This document shows positions 38,202 to 50,900 of a stretch of DNA of 64,000 nucleotides, in pieces (position 1 is the first letter of the stretch; each line of letters begins with the position of its first letter). The translations under genes and the position numbers were made by a program. Source of the stretch: Auanema rhodensis (Eukaryota; Animalia; Nematoda). The notes below the pieces were generated by a model, which saw only the letters and a list, made by a program, of their open reading frames with translations, made no database searches and was not told where the DNA came from. The stretch spans positions 17,236,001 to 17,300,000 of the forward strand of contig OZ059895.1 in assembly GCA_964057225.1 (NCBI GenBank), given 5' to 3'.

Positions 38202-41200
38202 TGTGTGTATCTGTGTGTGCATTTTTTCTCCCGTCATTCGTATTGGGGACATCTCATGTGTATGGACTGGCGTTCGGCTATGGCCTAGTCTTTATGATGA
38301 GGTTTGAGGGAGGACAGCCTTATGGTGCGAGGCTGGCTGTCCCGTCGTCCTCTGCTCATCTGGCCCTTTCATAATCCCCTAATGAGTCGCGCATTATAAG
38401 AGAATAGATTTTTTTTTGCCAATCCCTTCTGCCGTCTTAATCTTAGTTCATAATAAGCATAACCCCTGTCAAGTGGCTAATGATGCGATCCATGTACATG
38501 AAAAATTCCATAAAATTTCACAGTTTACTACGATAGAACAATTCAAACAGTGTGACAGAAATTAGATGTGGGATATTCATTAACAAACTAAACATTTTGA
38601 TCAGCTCCTAGAATTTTTCATTTTCTTTTTTATCACATAGTTAGAAATGTAAGACTGCTGCGTCTGTATGTTCCTCGTTCTCTTCAATCTATTCTTTCTC
38701 TCCCTTCCCAGTTGTTGTTTTTCACTAGCAAATCAATATACTTCTTGTTATTTTGTTTGGCAGCTTACCAACTATTCCATCCACCGCTCCTCTTCATCAT
38801 ACACGCATACATACAAAGAAATACACATACATCCAAACTCTTCAGCGCTGAAGTCTAGTTGCAACCCTTTTCTGAACAAATAGTAAATATGAAGGAGGAG
38901 ATTGATAAGTTCAAAAAGATGCTTTGAAAAAAAAATGGAAACAACTCTATATTATTTTGAATAGCAAAGTGAAAAGATAACTTGAGTTGTGGATACATTC
39001 ACATCTAGAATTTGAGCAGGAAGTCTCATGTTTTTGGATTTTCGTTTTGCACTTTGTGTCTATGCGTCAAATTGATCATGTGCTAGTTAAGACTAAAAGT
39101 TTGCGATATTTCTAGCTTTCAAATATTCATATTAAGCGAATATCTAAATAAGTAAAAAGTTGTAAGAAAAGTTCTGCAACAATTGTTCATGTCGGTACAA
39201 TTGGGCCGTAATCTTTATCTGGCGAGATTCATGGCCTACCTGCAAGATTACAAAGCCAACCAGGCAACCAATCACATCGACACAGCTGATGATTTCGATT
39301 TGATGTTCCAATCCCATTCACGAAATGTTAGTTAAGTCATAACAGAGAAATATAGTACAGTGAACGGCCGTCTGCATGTGTGAGAACTGGTTATGATTTA
39401 TTTAATGGCAGATTATCAACCCGCCAGAACCTACTTTGCATTGATTAACGTCACTATTTTTTGTGTATGTATTTATGTGCGTGTGTATATGAAAAAGAGA
39501 GAGAAAGACAGAAAGGGAAAAAATTCGATTTTTCCCCTTCATGCTCTTTCTCGTTTACTTTCATAGTAAATCATACACGCTCTCAAACACTTTTACAGAA
39601 CATACCTACTGTTTTCTTCTTTTTCTATTTCTATATCAAATATATAAATATAAGATTGAACTACCGCATAGTAGGCATGAATTGAAAATAGATAAGTGAA
39701 CATGTTTCTATTAAAAGAAGAAACAGAGTTGGGTGTGTATGACTGAATGACTGCCTCATTTGCAAGAAAAAGAGCTTAGTAGTCTTTTTTCAAGCAGAAG
39801 GATATGAGATATGATTGTCTGCACAAGGTCGAAGGCTTAATTGAATTCCTTATGCTTATTCGTTTTGTCTTCTAGCTTTGGGGTCAAACTGAAGGCTCTT
39901 GGAGAGAAAGAACCGTATCTCTCAAAAATCCTGGATAAGATCCGAGGTCGAGCTGATGAGGAGACGAACGAGTGGTTGTCTGTCATTTGGCATACTATGG
40001 CCTGTTTCAGAAAAGGACGGTAGTCCTAGTGTGAGATATGCCACTATGATCAATCACCCATCATTTTGCCGTCAGGTAATAAGAGTAGACAAGTGAGTTA
40101 GTAGAGCAGTACGTCTACGACTATATAGAAAGAAATTGTGTTCTCACTATATATTTCCCTCCTTCTTCCGTGATTCTATCTATTCATCTATCTTTCATTC
40201 TACAAAAAATTATATATATAAACGATATGGAGAGCGAGATCACATTTGAGAACCTAAAGAAAGGGACCCTGCGGTGCACGATACGACCTCGGTTATATCA
40301 AGATAGCGTCATGTAGCTCTCCGAAAGGGTAGAACGATTACGTTAGTCGAGTAGAAGGTTCGCTGATCCGTTTCTGGATCAGCAATGATGCTAATGTGAT
40401 TAGATTTTTATGGCTTGTGTACTACCGTTATGAATTACTTATGCTTACTGCATTGGGTGTCGAAAACGATGTGTGTACATGGTATTGCTTAGTTCCATCA
40501 TAATGCTTTCGTTACCATGCTGCTGTCACTAGCAGAAGCAGCAGTAACATCATTTTCATAGCTTGGATGAATCGCTTGAATGCGATCATCTGTAGCCACT
40601 TGTCGACTTGCGTCCGCATTCGTCCTCCTCTCCACATATGAGGAAGCTAGCAAGTAGTGCTGTTCGCATTTTTTCGGAGACTAATAGTGAAAAGCATTTT
40701 GGAATAAAAAAGCCTGAAAAGGATGGTTCGACAATGGTTCCTTGGGTCGGGAATCATCACCATAGTAGAAATTCATTTTCATTCTGCATCGCTTCTCCTT
40801 GTTTACGAACAAAGTTTAATTTTGACACTGGGAATTTCTCATATAAGGCTACTATTCGTGTTTGTTTACGGGATGACTGGATGCCGGCCTCTTTACACAC
40901 ACACACATATATAAATATATATAGTTGAAATATTTTACATAGTATATACTTGAAATTTATCCCCCTCTCTTATTCATCGGCTGATAACAGCCTTCATCAT
41001 ATAATCGGTTTTCGTAATCTTTGATAAGTTTACCTACTGCGAGAAAAGATTTGCGATAATCCTCATCATGTTTTTTTATTCAAAATCTAATTATGGTCTC
41101 GTTCTGTGACATATTATCCAATCCACAGCCTTGTTGTAAAACTTCAACTCGCTGGTTGGTCGCAACGTGACAAGCCTCAGACTACGCAATTTCATTCATT

Positions 41201-44200
41201 GTCCCATTTACCGATTGGCCAGTTGTACTTTCTCCAGTAAACACAAGTACACTGCGGGACCACATGTATTTTCGGCTAATATAGTAGCGATTCAAATGAA
41301 AAAAAGTTACCTGGTTCAATATGCATGTATTCGAAAGGGTGTAGCATGAAATTCATCAGACTACGGCAATGGAGACAAAAAGACTAAAATAGTAGAAGAT
41401 GAATAATGGCTTTCTTGTCTTTTAATGCTTCGGAATTTCGAAATCAACTCGTTACAATATGAGAAGACGACCATATTGAAGTGAAGAAATCTCCGGACAA
41501 TGCTTCGTTTTCTACAGAATATTAACCATGAAAAATTGAATAGACTCTAAGCACTTGTATCTTCTTTTTCGTATATATTCTTTGTCTGCTCAAAGTGTAG
41601 TGAATGGTAAAAATTCAGAACTTGGCTCTTTGCTTTTCCTACTCATCTCTTGATTTCATCATTGAATTTGAGAGCCTTCACGGAATAAATAGGGGCAGAG
41701 CTGATTATGATGAAAGCTCACATATACGATGAGCGGGGACCAAAGCCAACACAGAAGCGTTAGCTTTCTACTTGACGAAGTGACTATCTTTCCTCGATCC
41801 TCTACGTCCTTTTGCTTCTTGGTTCATCCGTTACTGCCGTCGTCGTCCATCGGGAGACGGGTGCTACCAGGCAGTGGACGGCGCACAGCCTGCCGCGAGT
41901 TGAACGGCGTTCCGCTCGGTCAAAGACTAGTCGAGGACCCGGTGGCTGGCGCTGTCTGCGGCGCTGGTGGTCATCTCTCAGCTTTTCTGTTCTAGCGTTC
42001 CTCTCTGCATCTCACTTAGTTCTCTGACTTCTCTTCCATCTCGACCAGACAAGCTGTTCTTTATCCATTTTTTCTCATCAGCTTCAACGGGCGGTCAGTA
42101 GTCAAGTGTTGGAGAGGAAAAGAGAAAAATAGGAAAAAAGCCTCAATGGTCAGTTAATAGTTGAATTGCGACGGGAGAGAAACGGAGAATGTCAGACGCA
42201 TAGAATAGACTAGCGGAATTGTCCACAAGATGGCTTGTAATGTTCCTCCGATCAGAAGCTTAGACACGTGCAATTGGGACAGCCAGCACCGCCGGACATG
42301 ACACCCATCAGAACTCAAACTATAGAATTCTCTATGTTGGCAAAACATTTTCCAGGCCTAAATGATCGGTCTGCCAAGACAACGAAGGAAATAAGGGTTG
42401 AAGAGAGGGAAAGCATGTGCTATCATGTGACTAACTGTTGTACAATTGAATTTTTAACAATGATTACTAGATACGCAAAATGTCACTAGTGGAATATAAG
42501 CAGATTGTATACATAGCTACAACCCGAAATAATTATTTTAGAATTTTCAAGCGGAAAAGAAATAGCTATATTTGTTCCGGCTTTCGAATTGGGTATTAGT
42601 TTAAATGGAAGATTGCTCAAATATGATTTTCGAATACATAATTGTTTCCACCACTGCAAATTATAAAAAAATGAAAATTGTGAATGAATAAAGTTGGACA
42701 AAGAACGATATGTGTATGTATATGGATAATAATGCAGTTCAAAACCTATATAGATATGATTTAAAAGTATTTGTTTGCATAGAAGCATAACCAAAAGCAA
42801 TTTGTATAAGAGAAACACTAATTTTTTTAATTTTCAGAATTCGATTCGACATAATCTCTCACTGCATTCTCGTTTTATGCGGATTCAGAATGAGGGAGCT
42901 GGAAAATCTTCGTGGTGGGTTATCAATCCCGATGCCAAGCCAGGTAGAAATCCTAGACGGCAGAGAGCTTCAACCATTGACTCAACTGTTAAGGTTGGTT
43001 TTCTGTTTTCTTATTTCAAGTAGGAAGTCGAATGAGTGAATTTAGCATGGTGGTCGATTTAATTCGATTAGTTATTCTACTGTTGTATCTTGTTTCTTTC
43101 GCTTTGAAAATATGTTGCCGTACAACATCTAAATATGCTCAATTCAATACTTGTTGCATCATGTTTTTCTTTTGTACGGAAATTAAAGTTAGAAATAGCT
43201 TTAAAAGTAAATTACGAAGGAAAGGGTGTTGTGATCTATTTTGTTTCTCTCTCTCTTTCTTCTTCTCTTTCGACGCAGTTAAAAATTTCGAGAGATGTTC
43301 GTCTGTCTAGCTGTTGCAGTTAGCGAAAGACCTCACAGGGAGACGATCAACAAAAATTGAAAAGCACTCTCCTGCTTTTGTTAGTTTACACAGCTCTCAC
43401 TCCGTGAGCTTGACAATTTTTTTGGTCGATGCACTGCTTCTGTTGCGGAAGAGATAGGTCCTATTATCTGTTTGTATTGCTTTTTTTGCGCTAAAGACCT
43501 CCCGACTGCAACGATTTGACAATCGAAAGAGAGAAAATATATATAAAATAGTGGTCAGATATGAAGGGAGATGTTGTCATGAATGATCTGAATTTTGTTG
43601 TGTAAAAAGTCGGCTGTCATTGAATCAGTTGAATTTGACTGGACATGTATGTATACTTCCATTACTGAGCACTATGACAAGGGGAAATCATATGGAGCCT
43701 ATAGCAATAAATTTTTAAATTTCAGCCTGCAATGGAAAGAAATCGCAAAGGTGCTCGCAAGAGGGTGAAGGAGATGGGTCGCCTTGGTGGAATGCCAGTG
43801 AGTGGAGTTTCTAGTGTTGCTGGCTCTCAAGCTTCCGTGTTGTCTCAGGACATTTATGGAGACGAGGAGTCATTACAAGCTTCCTTTGATCCTTTCCGGT
43901 TAGTGTTTTACTTTTCATATTCGTTGAATTTTTGTTTTATTGTAGCCCCCGAGCTCAATCGAATCTTTCCGTTCCTGGTTCATCGGCTCGGGTATCTCCT
44001 TCTATGGATCATCAAACTTTCGATGATTTCGAGTTCCCCTCATGGGTTGAGAACACTGTACCTATCCCCAGCGACATATTAGACCGAACAGATCAAATGC
44101 GAATTGACAACCGGACGATGATTAATGGAAACGTGAAGCAAGAAGTTAAACCCCAACAGCCTATTCCACCTAAGCCGGTTTGTTTATATTTATTTTTAAT

Positions 44201-44607
44201 TTTTATGTATTGTGCGGCCTTAGGTTGAGAACCAGCCTCCTTCGTACCAAGAGCTGAACAGCGTGCGTGGCCCATCACAGTTGCAGAATCCCCTGTTACG
44301 AAGCCATCACATGTCTTCCAAATTCCCCCAACAGAAGTACGTTACGCCGAAAAGCCTGGCGTCTTCTAACCTGGCATCTTACAGCATCCCCCTCTATCAG
44401 CCATACAACTGGATTCCCCCCACACAGCCGATTCCGAATCAGCAGTCGTGTGCAGCTCAACAGAGTGTTTCCGTGGGTAACTCCTTGCCAATTGATCTGG
44501 AAAACTTGACACTGCCTGATCAACCATTAATGGAAATGGATGTAGAATCGCTTCTAAGACACGAGTTGGCTCAAACGAGGGATCATCAGATTCACTTCGA
44601 TATCTAA
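17958..44607 (+). CDS. daf-16: DAF-16/FOXO, distal-promoter (d/f/h-type) isoform
   Basis: Exons 17958-18059, 18108-18225 (or -18231) and 18276-18402 encode ...[28 protein letters not shown]..., matching the recalled C. elegans d/f N-terminus (DFDDDFF...ERSASFGGVTQY). The phase-2 donor at 18403 fits the acceptor at 30180. The isoform then continues through 30181-30282, 30418-30602, 31135-31208 and the common exons. Confidence 0.75.
24383..24424. repeat. (AT)n microsatellite
   Basis: Direct read; similar shorter tracts at ~24070, 37855, 38168, 46700 and 47200. Confidence 0.95.
29405..44607 (+). CDS. daf-16: DAF-16/FOXO a-type isoform
   Basis: Exons 29405-29664 (RDRCNTWP Akt site, IHEQIPEED), 30181-30282, 30418-30602 ([18 protein letters not shown]), 31135-31208 ([24 protein letters not shown]), 42838-42993 ([27 protein letters not shown]; RQRAST), 43726-43898, 43946-44177 (RPRAQS) and 44224-44607 ([15 protein letters not shown]...IHFDI*). 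All phases agree. Confidence 0.95.
36777..36843. repeat. Degenerate (CGTT/CGTG)n tetranucleotide repeat upstream of the daf-16b exon
   Basis: cgttcgttcctacgttcgtgcgttcgtacgttcgaacgttcgtgcgttcatgcgttccggcgttcgt. Confidence 0.75.
37246..44607 (+). CDS. daf-16: DAF-16/FOXO b-type isoform (alternative forkhead N-half)
   Basis: First coding exon 37246-37719 ([16 protein letters not shown]...[58 protein letters not shown]); its phase-0 donor at 37720 joins the common exon at 42838. Acceptor tttatcag lies 7 nt before the ATG. Confidence 0.95.
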
Positions 44608-45693
44608 GACACAGAGTTGGTTAGCTTTTATCTGAGCTTTCTTGAGTGGATTCCATACACATTACCATCATAACCTATCCAACCCATGTTCTTATGAACG
44701 CTGTTCTCTTGGTCTTATATGTTGTTTTTACGTCAACTAGTCTTTATGCAGCTCCTCCCAATATATTTTGTTCCTTTTTGAAAGTTTATTATCTTGGCCA
44801 CTCGTGAGCTACACCAGAAGTTGTTGTTAGTGAGCTTCTCGTGATCACACTTCTCATTGAATTGCAAACACTACTCTTCTTTGGAATTGGATGTCGTCTA
44901 TCACAGGTTGTCAATGGAATTCAATCTGTACATAGCTTGTGAGTAACTGCAACTCGGTCTCTGTTCCTTGACAACACAGTTCTTTCTTGATGTTTTGTGT
45001 CTCTAGCAGTAGCTAACTGAAGATATTTCTTTTTTCTAAGCGTTTTGCCATTTTTTCGTCACAACCATTTCCCTCGTTACAATTCCTTAATAAGCTCTGT
45101 TTTAATATGTTAGCTGTGCTGGGCGACATCCAGTTCTGAAACTATCTGGTCAATGATAGGCAGTTACGTCTGCCTTGTAGCAACCTTTATCCCACGAGTT
45201 TTCCTTTTAGGATTTTTTTATGAAGATTTCTATCGATTATACACAAAGACACACCCATTGCGTCCTCCTAGCCCATTTGCACCTCATACAGAAGTTTCAC
45301 TGTTGTTTTTATTCGTTTCTTCGTTTGTTTGTTTTTATTTTTACTCTCGATTCAAAACACCTCATCTTCCTGGTCCTCAAAATGAAACCTCGCATTAGCT
45401 ACCTCACACATCTCTTGTGATTATCTCCTTAGTTGGAAGGGTATAGTCGACGGCCATTTTATGTCTTACCAGTTTACTCCGGTACTTTGTGAATATGATT
45501 GGCGAAATTTTTTTTTGTGAGCCCGCATGTACACAATACGCACGCAAGTCATCGATTTTCCTCTCCAAAACGAGATTTGAGTTTCAATGATAGAAGAAGC
45601 ACATTGTTAACTGGATGGACATACGATGAGCCTAATCAACTCTCTAGATTATAAATATATATAAATGTATTATATTATTGCTTCTCTTTTATG

Positions 45694-46090
45694 TATTAGG
45701 TTGATCCGAAAGTTTTGACCGAAATTTTTCAATGACGATAAAACAGTTTAAAATAAATTTTATTTTTCGAAATCAGAAGCAACCACATCAATACATTTTT
45801 GGTCACTAAGTCCTTCTATCATAAAGCCTACCCAAGAAGTGAAGAAGTGTCGAAAGCACTCTCATCATGGTTCGAACAAACGGAAAATTTTTGTTGCAAG
45901 TAACTTTAGAACATTATTAGAGTATGTATGTCCGAGAAGGATCATCGTTGTGTTCACAATACGTTTCGAAAATTTCTTGCGACTGAAAATTGTTCGTTGA
46001 CAGGCTGAATTATGCTAGAAGTGCTCATCCTCATGTATAGGATCTATGAGTTTGCTTACTTACTCCTAGCTCTCAGCACTCGACACTGAT
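45694..46090 (-). mobile_element. Decayed mariner (Tc1/mariner) right end: TA + TIR and transposase C-terminal remnant
   Basis: TA-TTAGGTTGATCCGAAAGTTTTGACCG resembles mariner TIRs (TTAGGTTG...AAGT). The minus-strand translation adjacent to it gives FFTS...GLSDQKCIDVVASDFEK*, like the mariner C-terminus (RWQKCI..GDYFE). Further in, F*HNSA...LLGHTYS resembles HDNA...HPPYS. No partner TIR seen; inner boundary approximate. Confidence 0.6.
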
Positions 46091-47935
46091 GTAGCTCATT
46101 CTCTTTTCGTCTAATGATCTGAATTTTGAAATGCTTTATTGTCTTGAGAATATTTTGATTGAAATTCATTAAGATTCTCATATGCATATACTGTAAATTA
46201 ACCTCTGTCGATTCTGACACCCTCCCCCCGTGTATCAACTGGGAAAGCTATTCCTAATCTGAACTGGTCTACAATATATGAATGGGCTAACATAAAACGG
46301 GCTTTGCAAGAAGTATTTTTATCGTTTGAAGTTCTGTCATTCGTCTAATATTTGAGGAGAGAATCGCTTCAAGAACTTGAGCTCATTCTCATAGAAGCTT
46401 GCTCTTTTGACCTCGTTTTCTTGTCACTTCTCCATCTTTTGTTTGATAAAGTTGAATGATATTGAAAAATAATAAGCCTTATGCGATTAAATATGATTGT
46501 TGCTTCATGTCGATACAAAATACTCCGAAAATGGCTTGGAAGCTTTCCTGTTGCTATCTCTCACGCATTACATTCAGTTATACATTTCGAGTTGTAGCCG
46601 ACTCTCCTTATTTCGTACCTCCAGAATTTACGGTAGCATACAGCACATTTCTCTTTACGGTCGTGTCGAGTATATATGTATATGTGTGTATGTATATGTA
46701 TATATATATATATATAATCTAGTCTGAGCGAACGCCTGAAACCGTTTGAAACGAAAAGCAGTTTTCTCTCTCTCTTTCTGCCCCTCATTTACTCATCATT
46801 ATTTCTCAATTTCCAAACTTCTTTTCGTCTCACTCACTCTCTCTCTCTCTCACTCCCTGTCTCTTCCTGTCTCTCTCTCTCTTTTCATGTTATTATTTCT
46901 ATTTTTGCCTTTTAACATATTTTAATATCTAAAATCTAAATTTTGAAAAAGTCTTTCCGCCCTAAGCAGCATTCTTCTACCTCGTTCGCTCAGTCTATTT
47001 GTTGATGATTATATTTTCTCATACTCTGCTTGTTCTCAATTGAGAATATGTTGTTGTCGTATAATATGGAAATATATGTTCAATTATGTCGCGTCCTCCT
47101 CCCTACGTGAACCTCACCCTTCTTCTGTTTTTTTTTTCAATTTTTTCCATTATCTCTTTCTTGTCGACCATATATGTATATATATGGATATATATGGATA
47201 TATATATATATATATATACATATATATCTAATATCTTTTGATGGAGCGATTATGTCCATATATAGTGATTCACATTTTCATGTCTGGTTTTATGACTAAA
47301 TGAAAAGATTAAAATTATCTTAATGAATTTATCTGATAGAATTATTATAAGAATAAAAGCAAAATGATTCAAGATTACAATGAAACTTCATACAAGGAAG
47401 ATGGCTTATGCATCCATCTTAATCATAGAATATCTTATAAGGCACTGATGATGACGGCGAAAGAAACAGATCGGGAGAGCGGGAGATGAATTGTCATTTC
47501 ATGCTTCCTCAAGTTCATTATTCAACAGCTTTGAGCTTTTTGTAAAATGCAATTAATCAAGAGCCTTATCCTCATTCGAACAAGGGAAAAGCGAGTAAAA
47601 GGAAGATGATGACGAAGAGGGACGACTACAGACTAGCAGTTGCAACATGACGAAGAAGATGAAGGAAGCGGCGATCAGGGTGTGAATAAGAGTGAAGTAT
47701 GCCTGAGGCGAAGTTGTAATGTGTTGATATATTTTCTTACTTTGTATCCAGTAGGTAATTGCAATATCTGAGAGTAGAAAGAGTTATTTTATGTCTGATC
47801 TAGAACACAGAAGACGCCGTAGTAGTAGGAAAGAGAGGGATAAAGAGATAGAGAGAGATAGATAGAGATAGATAGAGAGATAGAGACAAAGAGAAAGACA
47901 AAGATGGAGATAAAAAAAGAGACAAAAAAGAGAGC

Positions 47936-47939
<4 letters not shown>

Positions 47940-47971
<32 letters not shown>
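47940..47971. repeat. (GA)n microsatellite within a purine-rich tract (47830-48205)
   Basis: Direct read. Confidence 0.95.
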
Positions 47972-47974
<3 letters not shown>

Positions 47975-50900
47975 TTTAAATTCCGATTATAAGAGAGAAA
48001 AGGAATTTAAAGTATGCACAGCTGATGGGTCATGCATGAACATTTGGAGAATACCTGGAAAACAAAGTGCAAAAATAATTGAAAGGAAATAGATTGCTAG
48101 ATGAAAAATAGAAGAGGCTAGAGATAAGAGAGGGAAAGTGAGAGGGGGAGAGAGAAACAAAAAAAGAAAGAAAAGAAAGAGGGAGAAAGTAAGAGAAGGA
48201 GCTAGAAGGGATTTTGGACCGAAATCTGTTTTATGCTTCTTATGATTTCAAAATAATATGCGCATTCATAAACTGTACTGATGTGATTACCCTGTGGCTA
48301 TTGCATTTTTTTCTTTTTTCACCATATACCATAAACAAAAAAGGAGAGGATTAGAGAAAAAAAAAGATAAGTTTAAGGCGGTCGGAGAGGTGCTTAGAGA
48401 ACGAGAAGAAATAGCATGTAAAAATATGAGACTTGAAGAGAGAGCTGGCTGAAAGAGAAAGGGAAATGCTAGTTGCGCTTGCACCCACACAACCGAGGGA
48501 CCAGCTTTTTTTTAGTTGAAAAACTATCTGATAATGGATATTTAAACATCAATGTTGTCGTATTTTTAAACAAAAATAGACATGTATGTTGTAAAATGAG
48601 AAGATTTAATACATAAATGACCGGAAGAACATAAATTAGAGAGCATGTTGGTTTGTGTTTATTATTCACATGGAATTAATCTAATTTTAAAAACAAATTA
48701 CTAAAGCTTGCTACACTAAGCTACTCGAAGCACGTGTAAGTATCAAATTCATGAACTATGTTAAAGAAAACTATGCAGTTTGATGTATTGCTGATTAATT
48801 ATTTTGTTCTTTGCATTGGAGAAATCATTATAATTTGCTCTATTCTGTAGATCAAATAGTTCTTCAGTTAGTTCTCAATAATCTTGACAATTTTCTTTTT
48901 CTTTGTTTTTCTTTTCAGTTCTTGATGACTTCTAAGGAAAAGCCGATTATGAGAATAATATACATATAATCAAGAGCAAAAAAAGGTGAATGATAACGCT
49001 ATTCCTTCTATCTTTGTTTTTTTTTGTATTTTTTACTTAGTTGTATCTTTTGAAACTGTGTCAACTTTTCCAATTCAGCTGGTTTGTTTTTCTTTTTGTT
49101 GTCTTTGTCCCTCTTTCTCTGTCTCTCTCTCTCTTTCTCTCCCTTTCTCTCTCTCTTGGTTATTTATCTTTTTTTTGTGGAAGAGGGGGGGGGGTGCTGA
49201 TGTATCTCGTAAACAGTTTACTTCTTTTTCAATTTATATAGAAACAAGCGAACTTCGGGAATTTGGCTTTGATTCATGTGATTGTAAGTTCTTCCAAAAA
49301 GCGAAATAGTAGCAAAAAAAGAGAAAAACAATGAGGGGAAAGAGAAAAGGAAAAAGTGGGATATAGAGGGAAAACTATTTCAAAAGGCAAGATTTAAGAG
49401 AATTAATGTATTTGATAGTTATATGGAAAGAGGGATCACACAAGGAAATGGAAAAACGAGGAAGTTCAACCAGCCTACACGTACTAGGTTGTTTTTCGAA
49501 TTTGTCAATAACTATCTGATTGGGTATCATTAATAGCTTTTCGATTATCGTTGTACCAATAACATTAGTACTTTTTGAGTTTTCAGTTGTTGAAGTGATT
49601 ATCTCTGAGTCTTTCAATGCATTATATATAATTTTTTTTTGTTTCGCTATTTCCTTCAATTTTCAGTTATAAACCGACGAATGACTAGCTTGCTTTTCTG
49701 ACTGCGATCATCAAGATGATGACGACGTGGATGATGATGGTAGTTGGTGAGTTCGGAAAGCCGTCTTCTTGATCATGCAGTTCTCATAAGAAGCAAAAGA
49801 GAAAAAAAGAAATAGCAGTAACAAGAGAACCAACGATGACGATGAACGACGAGTATACTTTGTTATTGTGTTCGTTCGTTTGGAAGACAGACGTTTTCGT
49901 TCTATGCTCTCCCTCTATCCTGTCTCTTTATTTTTTTCTCTCACAATCTCTTCAGTGCTTTGAACTATTTTTCTCTCGATCGACGAGGACGACGATGGCG
50001 ATGGCGAAAACAACGTCGTCGTCGTCGTCGATGTCGTTGTGTGTGATAGTCGTCGCGTGGGAGCTCTGCTCCTCTGTGGAACAGAACTGAATCGATGAAG
50101 TAATAGAAAGAGGGAAAGTAGAAGGAGATTGAAAAAGAGAGAGAGAAGAGGGAAAGAACGAGTTGTTTTTCCCCTTTTCCACCATCATTCAACCAGCCTC
50201 CATCCCTCTGTATAGACTATATGAGAAACCATGATTCTCTCTCTCTCTCTACGTTTTCCCTACTTCCTATGTCTCTTTCTCTCTTTCCTTTTCTCTATCA
50301 GATTTTCTTGTCTCTCTGATTCTCTCGTTACATCTGACAACCTCCTGTTTCCTGTATTATTTCTCTGCTCCATCTAGTCTTTACGATGACAAAAACAACT
50401 CTGCGTGTCTACTCTGTCAGTAGTATACTATCTTCTGAAGTCTAGCGACGACATCACCAACAGCGTCAATAGGTCCAGCCGCACCACCACCATCATCATC
50501 ATCATCCATGATGAAACAGAAAGTGATAGATTGAAAATAGTCGAGATGACATGAATCAAAAGTTCTGTTGAATTATCCGTCACTATCTGGCTTTGAAGTT
50601 ACTTCTAAAATAGCTATTCTTATTACTTGATTGCAATACCATTTGTAAGCTTTGAAGGTAAAGACTGATCTCACTCGAAAAAATGGGGGAAAATGTAAAC
50701 AGACGGTAGCTTATACGTGCATAAAGTGGCAACAGTGATAAGAGAAAAAGCATAGAACACAATTCTTAGAGATTAGTCCTATAGTAGTTGTGGATTGAAA
50801 ACGGCGATAACATGAATCATGTAACAAAAATCAGAGAGTCTCAAAAAAATTAGAAACGAGAAAGAGGGAGAGAGAGAGAGATAGAGGGAGAGAGAGAGGC

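Noticed and set aside
47445-47466. Hammerhead-like CTGATGA...GAAA
   Set aside because: No stem II or flanking stems can form.
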